A DNA stretch of 64,000 bases from Cyanobacteriota bacterium (GTDB lineage: Bacteria; Cyanobacteriota; Cyanobacteriia; Thermostichales; Thermostichaceae). Below the pieces are notes generated by a model, which was given only the letters and a program-made list of their open reading frames with translations, was not told where the DNA came from and ran no database searches. Both the position numbers and the translations under genes were made by a program. The DNA lies in contig JANRIL010000023.1 in NCBI GenBank assembly GCA_033764955.1, positions 32,001-96,000 on the forward strand, in the 5' to 3' direction. This document shows positions 10,084 through 19,091 of this stretch, in pieces; the first letter of the stretch is position 1; each line of letters begins with the position of its first letter.

Positions 10084-11610
10084 TCAAGCGGTGATGGAGG
10101 ATAGCTGATGGGGTTTGGCACCAAAATGTTCGATCAACAATTCCGCCAGCACCGGCTGCAAATCTTCACAGGGGATCCCTTTGCGAACACATGTGCCCAG
10201 TTTGGCGTCCTTGCCCACTTCTCCCCCCATATAAATGTCAACCGCTTCCACGGGCTGACCATTTTTGCGGGCGGTGGTTCCCATCAAACCAATTTCGGCC
10301 ACCTGCGGTTGTCCACAGGAGTTAGGGCATCCTGTCCAGTGAATGCGAACGGGATGAGGCAGATCTAACTCGGATTCCAGGGCATCGATCAGGGCAACGG
10401 CACGGTTTTTGGTTTCGATCAGGGCAAAGTTACAGAACTGATTGCCAGTGCAGGAGACTAACCCAGCCTGTAGTGGTCCTGGTTGGGTTTTGAACTTGTG
10501 CAGCAGCGGTTCTTGCAACAGTCCGTGTAGGTGGGGATGAGAAACATGGGGGATCACAATGTTTTGTTCAACCGTTAAACGCACTTCCCCTGAGCCATAG
10601 CTTTCCGCCAGGTGAGCCAGTTCCAGCAGATCTGCCGCCGTCAACCGACCCACCGGGATATGCAGTCCGACCGTATAAAAGCCCGGTTGCGCCTGTGGTA
10701 GCACCCCCAACAACTCCCGCTTGGCTAGGGTTACTTCGTCATGGGCTGCCGCCACCGCCAGGGATCTCCCCAGCCGCGCTTCCACCTCCGCCCGAAATCG
10801 CTCGATTCCCCATTCATCCAGTAACCACATCAGACGACACTTTTGCCGATTCAGACGGGGGCCATGATCCCGATAGATGGATAAGACAGCGACACACAGA
10901 TCCACCACCTGCTCAGGAGGCACCCAAACATTCAGGGGAATAGTCATGTCGCAACGACGGGCTGAGAAAAAACCTCCCACCAACACGTTGAACCCAACCC
11001 CCTGCTCCCCATAAGCGGGCACAAAAGCGAGATCATTGATTTCCGCATGAACCGAGTTATCGCGGCAACCCGCCACCGCGATATTGAATTTGCGGGGGAG
11101 ATTACTAAACTCAGGGTTCCCTTCGCCGTTCAAGGTGAGCCGGTCTTGAATGGCTTGGGTTAAAGCCCTCGTATCGTAGACCTCCAGCGGATCAATCCCT
11201 GCTAGAGGGGATCCGGTAATATTGCGGACATTATCCATGCCCGACTGCACTGTGGTGATCCCCACCTCCTTGAGATGAGTCAAAATCTGGGGAGCTTCTT
11301 CAATCGGGATGCCGCGCAACTGGATATTTTGGCGGGTGGTCAGATCGGCTACCCCCGCCGCCCCCAATGGATGGAGGATCCCTGCCATGACCCGCAACTG
11401 CGGACTGGTTAGGATCCCGTTAGGAATTCGTAACCGCAGCATGAACTGACCGGGGGTACTCTTACGGAAGAATAGCCCTAGCCATTTCAAACGGTGATCG
11501 CGGTCATCTTCAGGAATCTGCTGCCAGCCAATCTCGGCAAAGTGATCTAGCTCTGCCTTGATCGCCAACCCATCCTTACTTGCTTTGAGTTCTTCAAACT
11601 TGTTCGCCAT
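10084..11610 (-). CDS. nirA: Ferredoxin-nitrite reductase
   Basis: TTRQNIQLRG, SGMDNVRN, NLPRKFNIA, CTGNQFC and TGCPNSCGQ siroheme/Fe-S motifs. Confidence 0.97.
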   Translation of the reverse strand: MANKFEELKASKDGLAIKAELDHFAEIGWQQIPEDDRDHRLKWLGLFFRKSTPGQFMLRLRIPNGILTSPQLRVMAGILHPLGAAGVADLTTRQNIQLRGIPIEEAPQILTHLKEVGITTVQSGMDNVRNITGSPLAGIDPLEVYDTRALTQAIQDRLTLNGEGNPEFSNLPRKFNIAVAGCRDNSVHAEINDLAFVPAYGEQGVGFNVLVGGFFSARRCDMTIPLNVWVPPEQVVDLCVAVLSIYRDHGPRLNRQKCRLMWLLDEWGIERFRAEVEARLGRSLAVAAAHDEVTLAKRELLGVLPQAQPGFYTVGLHIPVGRLTAADLLELAHLAESYGSGEVRLTVEQNIVIPHVSHPHLHGLLQEPLLHKFKTQPGPLQAGLVSCTGNQFCNFALIETKNRAVALIDALESELDLPHPVRIHWTGCPNSCGQPQVAEIGLMGTTARKNGQPVEAVDIYMGGEVGKDAKLGTCVRKGIPCEDLQPVLAELLIEHFGAKPHQLSSITA

Positions 11611-11639
11611 CGCTTTCATCTGGCTTCAGGTTGATGGCT

Positions 11640-11682
11640 ACTCTAGTCGGCAATCCTCATAGACTTTGGTATCGACCGTTAC
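11640..11682 (-). promoter_or_regulatory. NtcA-activated promoter of the nir operon
   Basis: Perfect GTA-N8-TAC (GTATCGACCGTTAC, 11669-11682), followed on the minus strand after 23 nt by a TAN3T -10 box (TAGAGT, 11645-11640). Confidence 0.88.
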
Positions 11683-11697
11683 GAAATATTGTGAATC

Positions 11698-11712
11698 ATG
11701 TAGATATTGCAT
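11698..11712. promoter_or_regulatory. NtcB (LysR)-type site upstream of nirA
   Basis: ATGTAGATATTGCAT fits AT-N11-AT and contains TGTA-N5-TGCA (one mismatch to TGCA-N5-TGCA). Centred about 70 nt upstream of the predicted transcription start. Confidence 0.7.
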
Positions 11713-11766
11713 TAAATCTATGCGATTCTTGCATAGGTTCTTCGGTAGGAAGGAGTGAAGGGATCC

Positions 11767-13449
11767 CTACTGCCCGCGCAACTGAGCCGCTTGAGCCAGC
11801 AGCGATTCCACAAATGGAATGGCCTCTTGGGCGGCATGTCCGGCGGTGAGCTGAGCCAGTTCGTCGCGTCGATCGAGATCCGACAGGACATCCACTTGCA
11901 CGAGGGTGCGCTGATTTTTCACAACTTTACGAACCCGCAGGTGATGATCCGCAATGGCGGCGATCAGAGGTTGATGGGTGACACAAAGGATTTGGTGATC
12001 CTGGGCGATTTCATGCAGCTTGCTGGCAATGGCTTGCGCCACCTTCCCCGATACCCCCGCATCAATTTCATCAAAGACCATCGTAGACACGGGATCCACC
12101 CGCCGAAACACACTTTTTAAGGCCAATAAAAAGCGACTCATTTCACCCCCCGAAGCCGTCAGTGCCAAAGGCTGCAAAGGCTCACCGGGGTTGGGACTGA
12201 TCAGAAAGTTGATCAGATCGTGACCTTCAGCACTCAGGGATCCCGGTGTGATCTCCACCTGAAAGCGCACCCCGCTCATGCCCAAGGGCTGTAGTTCGTG
12301 GATCAGGGCTTTTTGCAGGTGATGGGCGGCTTTTTGTCGTTGTTGACTGAGTTGTTGACAACGCTTTTCTAACTCCTGATAGGCACTGAGCTGTTGGGCT
12401 TCCAGATCCTCCAGGGTAGAGCCAGCGGTTTTCAGATCTGCCAATTCTTGCTCAAGATTTTCCGCATAGCTCAACACCTGTGCCAGGGAAGATCCATACT
12501 TACGACAGAGTTGCTTGAGGGTGAGGATGCGCTTTTCAATTTTGTTGAGGCGAGTTGGATCGGCCTCTAGCGCTTCCCCATACTGATACAATTCTCGTCC
12601 CGCCTCTTCCACCTGGATCAGGGCACTGCTGACCATCTCTAAAATAGAGTGCAGGTCAGGATCCAACTGAGTCATCTCCTGCAATAAACGCTCCGCCTGC
12701 CCTAACAAATCCGCCGCCGCCAAGGACTCTGATTCTGCTTGATAAAGCAATTGATAGGCGGCATAACTTTGCTTTTGTAGATCTACTACATGGGTGAGGC
12801 GATCCCGCTCTTTTTCTAGTTTACTGAGTTCATCAGGATCCTCTAAACGAGCCGCTGTTAGTTCCTGGGATTGGTACTCTAAAATATCGAGCCGTTGTAG
12901 GCGATCCTGTTGCTTTTTTTGGTGATCTTCGTAGGCCAGTTTCAGATCATGCCAAGTTTGATAAGCGGCACCCACTTTTTGGCGGGTTTCTAAGAGCTTG
13001 GCTCCGGCAAAAGCATCCAGCCAGCGTCGTTGCGTATGGGTATCTTGTAGTTGGATGGTTTGTCCTTGGGCAGTAATTTCCACCAGTTTTTGCCGAAAAT
13101 TTTGGATTTGTTGGCGATTGATCAAGACTCCATTCAAGCGGGAGCGACTGGTGCGTTCGGTGATTTCCCGGCTACAGAGAATGCCGTCGTCGAGCAGATC
13201 AATCGCTTGTTCTTGCAGCCAAGCCACCAGGATCGGTTCAGGACTAAAGATTGCTTCTAAAGAGGCTTTACGGCTGCCCGTGCGAACGGACTTTGTCGAG
13301 ACTTCGCCCCCCAATGCCGCATCCAAAGCATCCAAAATAATTGATTTTCCGGCTCCGGTTTCCCCGGTTAAAACATTCAAACCCTCGTGAAAAGTAATCT
13401 CTAGGTGTTCGATCAAGGCAAAATTTTCTATCCGTAATGTTTGTAACAT
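11767..13449 (-). CDS. recN: DNA repair protein RecN
   Basis: LRIENFALIE, LTGETGAGKSII, ASGGEMSRFLLALK, FDEIDAGVSG, CVTHQP. Confidence 0.96.
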   Translation of the reverse strand: MLQTLRIENFALIEHLEITFHEGLNVLTGETGAGKSIILDALDAALGGEVSTKSVRTGSRKASLEAIFSPEPILVAWLQEQAIDLLDDGILCSREITERTSRSRLNGVLINRQQIQNFRQKLVEITAQGQTIQLQDTHTQRRWLDAFAGAKLLETRQKVGAAYQTWHDLKLAYEDHQKKQQDRLQRLDILEYQSQELTAARLEDPDELSKLEKERDRLTHVVDLQKQSYAAYQLLYQAESESLAAADLLGQAERLLQEMTQLDPDLHSILEMVSSALIQVEEAGRELYQYGEALEADPTRLNKIEKRILTLKQLCRKYGSSLAQVLSYAENLEQELADLKTAGSTLEDLEAQQLSAYQELEKRCQQLSQQRQKAAHHLQKALIHELQPLGMSGVRFQVEITPGSLSAEGHDLINFLISPNPGEPLQPLALTASGGEMSRFLLALKSVFRRVDPVSTMVFDEIDAGVSGKVAQAIASKLHEIAQDHQILCVTHQPLIAAIADHHLRVRKVVKNQRTLVQVDVLSDLDRRDELAQLTAGHAAQEAIPFVESLLAQAAQLRGQ

Positions 13450-13517
13450 AGACCTATGATCTATCCCTGCTAAACCCTTTCCCACAGACCCCCACGGTCG
13501 GGATCCCTTCCCGTAGT

Positions 13518-15515
13518 TTATCTGGGTTTCTCGGTTGGTTCACACAGATAGCTGGCGATGTGTTCGAGGGTGGGGGCTACCAGGAATGGGATGGGGATGA
13601 CCGCTTGCTCTGGCAGGGTTTCGGCAATTTGTCTGAGCATCCGTTGGTGGCGCTGCTGAAGCGACTGTCCAAAACCATCGGAACTATCCAGCCAAATCCG
13701 GTTGATCACTAAATAGGGATGCGGGATCCCCAGATGATCAAGAGCCTGCAAAAGGCGAGTGGTCTCGGCTAAAACCGCCTGTTCGGGGTTGAGGATAGGA
13801 ATAAATGTGACAAAGGTGGGATCCTGTAACTGATCGCGTAACCCGCGCACCTGCTTGAGTAGTCCCCGCAGCCGTTGAGCCAACTCCGGTCGCCCCACCT
13901 GATCTCGATACTTCAACCACAATTTCAGAGCCAAGCTTACCCAGCCTTCCAAGGCTTCCGGCATTTGCAAAAACCGCAGCAGATGCCCAGTGGGAGCCGT
14001 GTCTAGCACCACCAAATCGGAGCCACCCGCCTCCTGTAACACCGTCAATAGCGCCATCACCTCATCCAAGCCGGGAGGAGGCATCTCCAACAACTGCTTC
14101 CAGGCTTGCGGATCGTATTGCACCTCCACACTGCCCGATTCCCCCGCCAAAATAGCCACGATATCGTCCAAATAGTCATGGCGAAATTGCTGCAAAATCA
14201 CCTCGGCATCCACCTCTTGCGCCCACAGGTTAGGCAGGATGGAGATGGGGATTTGGCCTAAGGGAGTTTGAAATAAATCCCCTAAGGAATGAGCCGGATC
14301 AATCGAGACCACCAACACCCGCCGCTCAGGATGTCGCCGTGCTAAACTCCAGGCCAAGGTTCCCGCCATCGTGGTCTTGCCGACTCCCCCTTTGCCCCCC
14401 GTGATCACCAGTGAAATACCTGCCGCCAGCAAATCCGGCAGACGGGATCCCTCCACATCGGGTCGTGAGGGTTCATCAGCAGGCATTTCAGTAGACAAGG
14501 AAGCAGCCGTCGAAAGGGGTTGAAGAGCCTCGCGGGTGAGGGGACGAATCTGCCCCACCAGGGCATCGAGGGCTGAGCTGCCCAGAGGTTCTTGGGTTTG
14601 AAATGGCACCAACCACAAGGGGTAATGGCACAGATCCGCAACCAACTTGTGCAGGATGGGCTGTTGTTCCTGTTGACGAGCCAACCAGACTGCCGACATG
14701 GGCTGCGGACTCTGGGGATCCCTGAGCAGCACTTGATTGACGAGGATCCCGGCTATGGGCACACGGCGCGCCTGCAACTGCTGATCAAACCGCTCGGTTT
14801 CCGCCAAACTGAGGGCTTCGGGAATCATCACCAACCAGGCGGCGGTACTAGCCGGATCTGTCAGTCTTGCCTTGCCCCCTGCCAATTCCGCTTTGAGGGT
14901 GGCTAAAAACGCATCTGCTTGGTCACTACGATAGCTACCTGTCAGGGTGCGGGAAATTTCCTGGTGTTTAGCTTGAAATAGGCTGAAAACCCCTAAAATA
15001 TTATCCAAAAAATCCGGCAGTTCCAGCAGACGTAGCGTGTGTCCAGTGGGCGCAGTATCCAAAATAATTTGATCCGCATCTCCGCTAGCCAATAGGCGGT
15101 TCACCTCCAAAATAGCCATCAATTCGTCCACCCCCGGCCAAGCCAGATCCCAGACGGGCAAGAGATCCTCCCGTTCAAACCAACTGCCTCGCTCCGTCAG
15201 TAACTCTAGAGCCTCTCCATAGGTGGCTTTGAAGCGTTTTAAGAGAGCTTCCGCATCCAAAGCACGGATGGCGAGATTGGGCAGATCCGCAGGGGAAGTC
15301 GCTTGATCGGTAATGGGGATCCCTAAAACATCCCCCAGCGAGTGAGCGGGATCGGTGGAGATCAACAAAATTTTCCGTTCAGGCTGTGATTGAGCCAGTT
15401 GACGGGTGAGGGCGCAGGTAAGAGTAGTTTTGCCCACACCTCCTTTGCCACTCAAGATCAACAATTGACGATCAGGGGCTAGCAATGACATAGATGGGTT
15501 CCAGTCTTCCGACAT
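13518..15515 (-). CDS. ArsA/Get3-family ATPase with two tandem ATPase domains
   Basis: Two copies each of GKGGVGKTT, S(T/I)DPAHSLGD and DTAPTGH. Confidence 0.9.
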   Translation of the reverse strand: MSEDWNPSMSLLAPDRQLLILSGKGGVGKTTLTCALTRQLAQSQPERKILLISTDPAHSLGDVLGIPITDQATSPADLPNLAIRALDAEALLKRFKATYGEALELLTERGSWFEREDLLPVWDLAWPGVDELMAILEVNRLLASGDADQIILDTAPTGHTLRLLELPDFLDNILGVFSLFQAKHQEISRTLTGSYRSDQADAFLATLKAELAGGKARLTDPASTAAWLVMIPEALSLAETERFDQQLQARRVPIAGILVNQVLLRDPQSPQPMSAVWLARQQEQQPILHKLVADLCHYPLWLVPFQTQEPLGSSALDALVGQIRPLTREALQPLSTAASLSTEMPADEPSRPDVEGSRLPDLLAAGISLVITGGKGGVGKTTMAGTLAWSLARRHPERRVLVVSIDPAHSLGDLFQTPLGQIPISILPNLWAQEVDAEVILQQFRHDYLDDIVAILAGESGSVEVQYDPQAWKQLLEMPPPGLDEVMALLTVLQEAGGSDLVVLDTAPTGHLLRFLQMPEALEGWVSLALKLWLKYRDQVGRPELAQRLRGLLKQVRGLRDQLQDPTFVTFIPILNPEQAVLAETTRLLQALDHLGIPHPYLVINRIWLDSSDGFGQSLQQRHQRMLRQIAETLPEQAVIPIPFLVAPTLEHIASYLCEPTEKPR

Positions 15516-15585
15516 CGGAGAATTTGCAGGTTAGCAGGCATTCATTCAATTTTGAAATATTTCACAGGGAAACAATTACTCACCC

Positions 15586-16707
15586 TTAATAGTCAACTCC
15601 CCGCTTCAAATCTGCCCCCCGCTCAGCATAGTGTTTGTGACAGACCATCTCGGAGTGAACCGAGGCCAGCTCAAAATAGGGAAGCGGAGCATAGCACCGC
15701 CCTGTGATAATGATCTCTGTATCTTTAGGCTTGCGTAGCAACCCTTGCACAATCGGCTCCACTTCTAAAAGTTCCAGATCGACCGTCGGGTTGAGTTCAT
15801 CCATGATAATGGTTTTATAAAGCCCAGAAGCCATCGCCGCCCGTGCCAGTTCCCAGCCTCGCTCCGCTTCTACATAGTCAATTTCCTGCTGCTTGCCTCG
15901 CCAAACAATGGCATCGCGTCCACAGCGTTGGTGATCCACCAGATGGGGGTAACTATCTCGCAATGCCCGAATAGCCGCATCTTCCGTATAGCCGGATCCC
16001 CCTTTTAACCACTGCATAATCAAGACACGGTGAGAGAGGTCTTTGCTGATACCCCGCCCAATCGCTTGCAGGGCACGTCCTAGGGCACTTGTCGATTTTC
16101 CTTTACCTCCCCCCGTATAAATCTCAATGCCACTGTCATAACCATTGCTTTCGGGACGGCGCAGGCTTCGCATCTCGGAGTGGAGATCGGCTAACTCGAT
16201 GATGGCCGGTGGCGCGCCCCGACCTGTGATGATCACCTCCATTTCCTCTGGTTTCTGCCGGAGAGTACCCACTACCTCTTCAACGGGCAGCAAGCCCAGA
16301 TCCAGCACGGGATTGAGTTCGTCTAGCACCACCACCGAATAGAAACCGGAGGCAATCGCTCCTTTGGCCACATCCCAGCCACGGCGAGCTTCTTGCCGAT
16401 CAAATTTGGTGATGGCTTCCGGGCCAAAAAATTCTCCTCGTCCCGTCCGTAGTTGGTCGATCAGGTGAGGGAAACCCCGTTGCAGCGCCGCGATAGCGGA
16501 GTCTTCGGCATATTGACGACCTGGCCCTTTTAAGAATCGTACTAGCAAGACACGGCTGGGGGCAGCGTTTTCGATCCCCAAGCCAATCGAGCGCAAGACC
16601 ACACCCAACGCCGCCTGGGACTTGCCTTTGCCCTCGCCATCATAAACATGGATTTGTCCACGACGGCGATTTTGAGATTGGGCGGTAAGAATGCCAACTT
16701 CTGCCAT
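15586..16707 (-). CDS. cobO: Cob(I)yrinic acid a,c-diamide adenosyltransferase, internally duplicated cyanobacterial form
   Basis: Two domains: YDGEGKGKS...VLDELN...ITGR and YTGGGKGKST...MDELN...ITGR, ending RGVDY. Confidence 0.9.
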   Translation of the reverse strand: MAEVGILTAQSQNRRRGQIHVYDGEGKGKSQAALGVVLRSIGLGIENAAPSRVLLVRFLKGPGRQYAEDSAIAALQRGFPHLIDQLRTGRGEFFGPEAITKFDRQEARRGWDVAKGAIASGFYSVVVLDELNPVLDLGLLPVEEVVGTLRQKPEEMEVIITGRGAPPAIIELADLHSEMRSLRRPESNGYDSGIEIYTGGGKGKSTSALGRALQAIGRGISKDLSHRVLIMQWLKGGSGYTEDAAIRALRDSYPHLVDHQRCGRDAIVWRGKQQEIDYVEAERGWELARAAMASGLYKTIIMDELNPTVDLELLEVEPIVQGLLRKPKDTEIIITGRCYAPLPYFELASVHSEMVCHKHYAERGADLKRGVDY

Positions 16708-16888
16708 AGGGAGCATAATCCTGCTATATCACAAGGAATACCACCATTACCCAGTCTGTACTAGGCAGACTGAAGCAAGGGCTGTCACCACCATCTTAGA
16801 GCTTGTCAGCCGTTGCCACTACTGACCGCCCCAAGAGTAGCCACCTACGATGCCAGGGATCCCTATGCTGGTTACAGAACATCTACTA

Positions 16889-17896
16889 CTAATGATTTTC
16901 AGTAATGCGCTTGAGGGGAAGATAAAGAACGTGATCGCTGCCACTGCCCACAGGTTGTTGGGATCCCAGGCTGACTTTTTGTTGTTCTAGCCACAAAAGC
17001 AAGGATTGATGCTCAGGATAATATTCAAAGATGTAGTTTATAAAGTCCTCAATAGTGCAAGGTTTATTGGTTCCTCCCATCCATTGATGAAAGTGATTAT
17101 GAATTTCTGAGCTTAACGTGATCAAGTTGCTTAAGCTAGCGGCAATCTTAGGATAGTAAGCTTCTGAATAGAGATGATGGACAGTAAGACTGTGACATAT
17201 CATTCTTGTTACCTTGCAAAGATTTTTATCTCGTTTCTTAGCTAATTTTTTAGCCCATTCAATTTCTTTGTGCCTTGCTTCAATCTGCTTGATAATGAGA
17301 TCAATCTGAGGGCTAATTCTCTCGGCAACGTCACGACACCATTCTTTGCGATTTGCCTGGGTAATCAGGTCTCTCATCCCTATGGCAATGTTATAAATTC
17401 CCAACCGCGAAATATAAACATTCTCAGAACCAGCAAAACGAGTGTAGTGAATATCTTGGATCATCAGATTTTTTGCTATTAAACTCTTAATGATTTTGTT
17501 GAAGTAATCGCGTCGTGTACCCAAGATAGCAATAACATCTGAAACAGACAGCCAATAATCATCCTGACGACGAATCAAGGAAGTGCTGTTACCCAAAATT
17601 TTATGATCGACAAATGCTCGTTGGGTATGCTTTTTCTTATCAACAAACCATTTTTTTATATCTTTAGGATCGGGATTAATAAAATCTGGGTGTGCCTTCA
17701 AATAAAGATAGATGGCATGGGCACCCGTTTGGGTGTATTCTCGAACCTTATTGACTACTCGATAATCCTTGCCTTTGATTAACTCCCATTTGTCATCAGG
17801 GATCCGATCAAACTCTTCCTCAATCTGCTTGAGTTGCTCTAAGCTTATTTTCAAAAAATCTGCCAATTTATTAGAGGAAACAAAAACTATTGCCAT
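16889..17896 (-). CDS. HNH endonuclease-domain protein with putative N-terminal DNA-binding domains
   Basis: C-terminal RDKNLC...VHHLYS...P...SNLITL...IHNHFH. AT-rich; start overlaps the upstream gene's end by 10 bp. Confidence 0.75.
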   Translation of the reverse strand: MAIVFVSSNKLADFLKISLEQLKQIEEEFDRIPDDKWELIKGKDYRVVNKVREYTQTGAHAIYLYLKAHPDFINPDPKDIKKWFVDKKKHTQRAFVDHKILGNSTSLIRRQDDYWLSVSDVIAILGTRRDYFNKIIKSLIAKNLMIQDIHYTRFAGSENVYISRLGIYNIAIGMRDLITQANRKEWCRDVAERISPQIDLIIKQIEARHKEIEWAKKLAKKRDKNLCKVTRMICHSLTVHHLYSEAYYPKIAASLSNLITLSSEIHNHFHQWMGGTNKPCTIEDFINYIFEYYPEHQSLLLWLEQQKVSLGSQQPVGSGSDHVLYLPLKRITENH

Positions 17897-18513
17897 TGCT
17901 CAAATTTCTCCGTTAAACTTTTATAGTAGATATTTATTTTCTGAAAGATCTTATCGTCTCCGGTATTAGGAATATCAGGATGATAAATTTTACTCAGGTT
18001 GCGATAGGCAGTTTTAATGTCTTCATCCGTTGCTTTTTCAGGATCTAAGCCAAAAACACGCCAAGGCAAATCATACTTAAAGATATTGATGCCATTGATG
18101 CAGCCATATCCAACTTCCCCCTCTTCCTCTGGCAAAACTCCAATCAGTCGACGATAGATTTTTTTACAATCTTCGGGATCCGAAAGACTCAATTTGCCCA
18201 GGCCGCTGCTGGCGAGCTTAAAGCTTCCTGATTTCTTTAATTCTGTAGCATTAGCAACTTCAAAATGCTGATAGATAGCTTTCTGAAGTTCTTTGATGGA
18301 GAGCGGTTGGGGTGGATAAACCTGCCGCAGAATAAACTGAGAAAATGCTTCTAGAGTTGCCCGTGGGAGGTCAGAGGTTGTGACCAGCCTTTCAATTTCA
18401 GTCTGAACGGCAGCTATTACCGCGGCATGAGGAACTACCGTAGGGGTCTTGCTGGTGGATTTTGAGGCTGTGGATTTGGGCTTTGAGCTAGCAGATTTTT
18501 TGGTGGCGGGCAC
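17887..18513 (-). CDS. Protein with a C-terminal DnaJ J-domain
   Basis: PWRVFGLDPEKATDEDIKTAYRNLSKIYHPD...FQKINIYYKSL with intact HPD. GTG start preceded by a strong AGGAGG Shine-Dalgarno. Confidence 0.85.
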   Translation of the reverse strand: MPATKKSASSKPKSTASKSTSKTPTVVPHAAVIAAVQTEIERLVTTSDLPRATLEAFSQFILRQVYPPQPLSIKELQKAIYQHFEVANATELKKSGSFKLASSGLGKLSLSDPEDCKKIYRRLIGVLPEEEGEVGYGCINGINIFKYDLPWRVFGLDPEKATDEDIKTAYRNLSKIYHPDIPNTGDDKIFQKINIYYKSLTEKFEQWQ

Positions 18514-18617
18514 AACTCCTCCTGAATAAGAGATCCCAACTCAACACACATGTTTTGCCTATTGAACAAGGATAATCCAAGTTCAGAGTTGAGCCTAGCT
18601 TTTCAGATTGAATTCAA

Positions 18618-18902
18618 CTATTTCGATTCAAACTGATAGCCTAAATCCTTCAATAATCCTGGAGAACGCCACTAATGGGGTCACACACGCACAAATAACT
18701 CTAGATAAATCTTCCCAGCTACTAACTTTTGCATTTGTAGGCGAGCATTGTGTCCGATCGTTTTCAACATATCCCCTTTCTTGCCAATTAAACTCGCCTT
18801 TTGCGATTCCCGCTCGACGGTGATCGTGGCTAAAACTCCCGTCAGCGTGGGGGACTCTTCCCCCTGATTAACAGTGACCGCTACCGAGTGGGGAATCTTT
18901 TC
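18618..18902 (-). pseudogene. era: Decayed 3' fragment of GTPase Era (KH domain)
   Basis: EKIPHSVAV...LATITVERESQKASLIGKKGDMLKTIG...KIYLELFVRV*PH*WRSPGLLKDLGYQFESK*. Matches the Era C-terminus, with two in-frame stops and no GTPase domain upstream. Confidence 0.85.
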
Positions 18903-19091
18903 AAAGCCAGAACGAAATCCGGCTGGTGCGACAGGAATGGAATAGGGGATCCCCTCACCCTCTGACCCCAGTGAGGAGAAGTTCAGTAGTTCGGTCATGG
19001 ACAGAGCTACATTTAGAAGTCCTATGCCACCTCGTGGGTAGAGGCAGGCAGGGGATCCCTACCTCGGAGGAATCAGGGCGAGTCACAGTAC

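Noticed and set aside
18681..18998. 105-aa ORF as a functional KH-only protein
   Set aside because: Its N-terminus is unrelated to Era and the homology continues past two stops; better explained as a pseudogene fragment.
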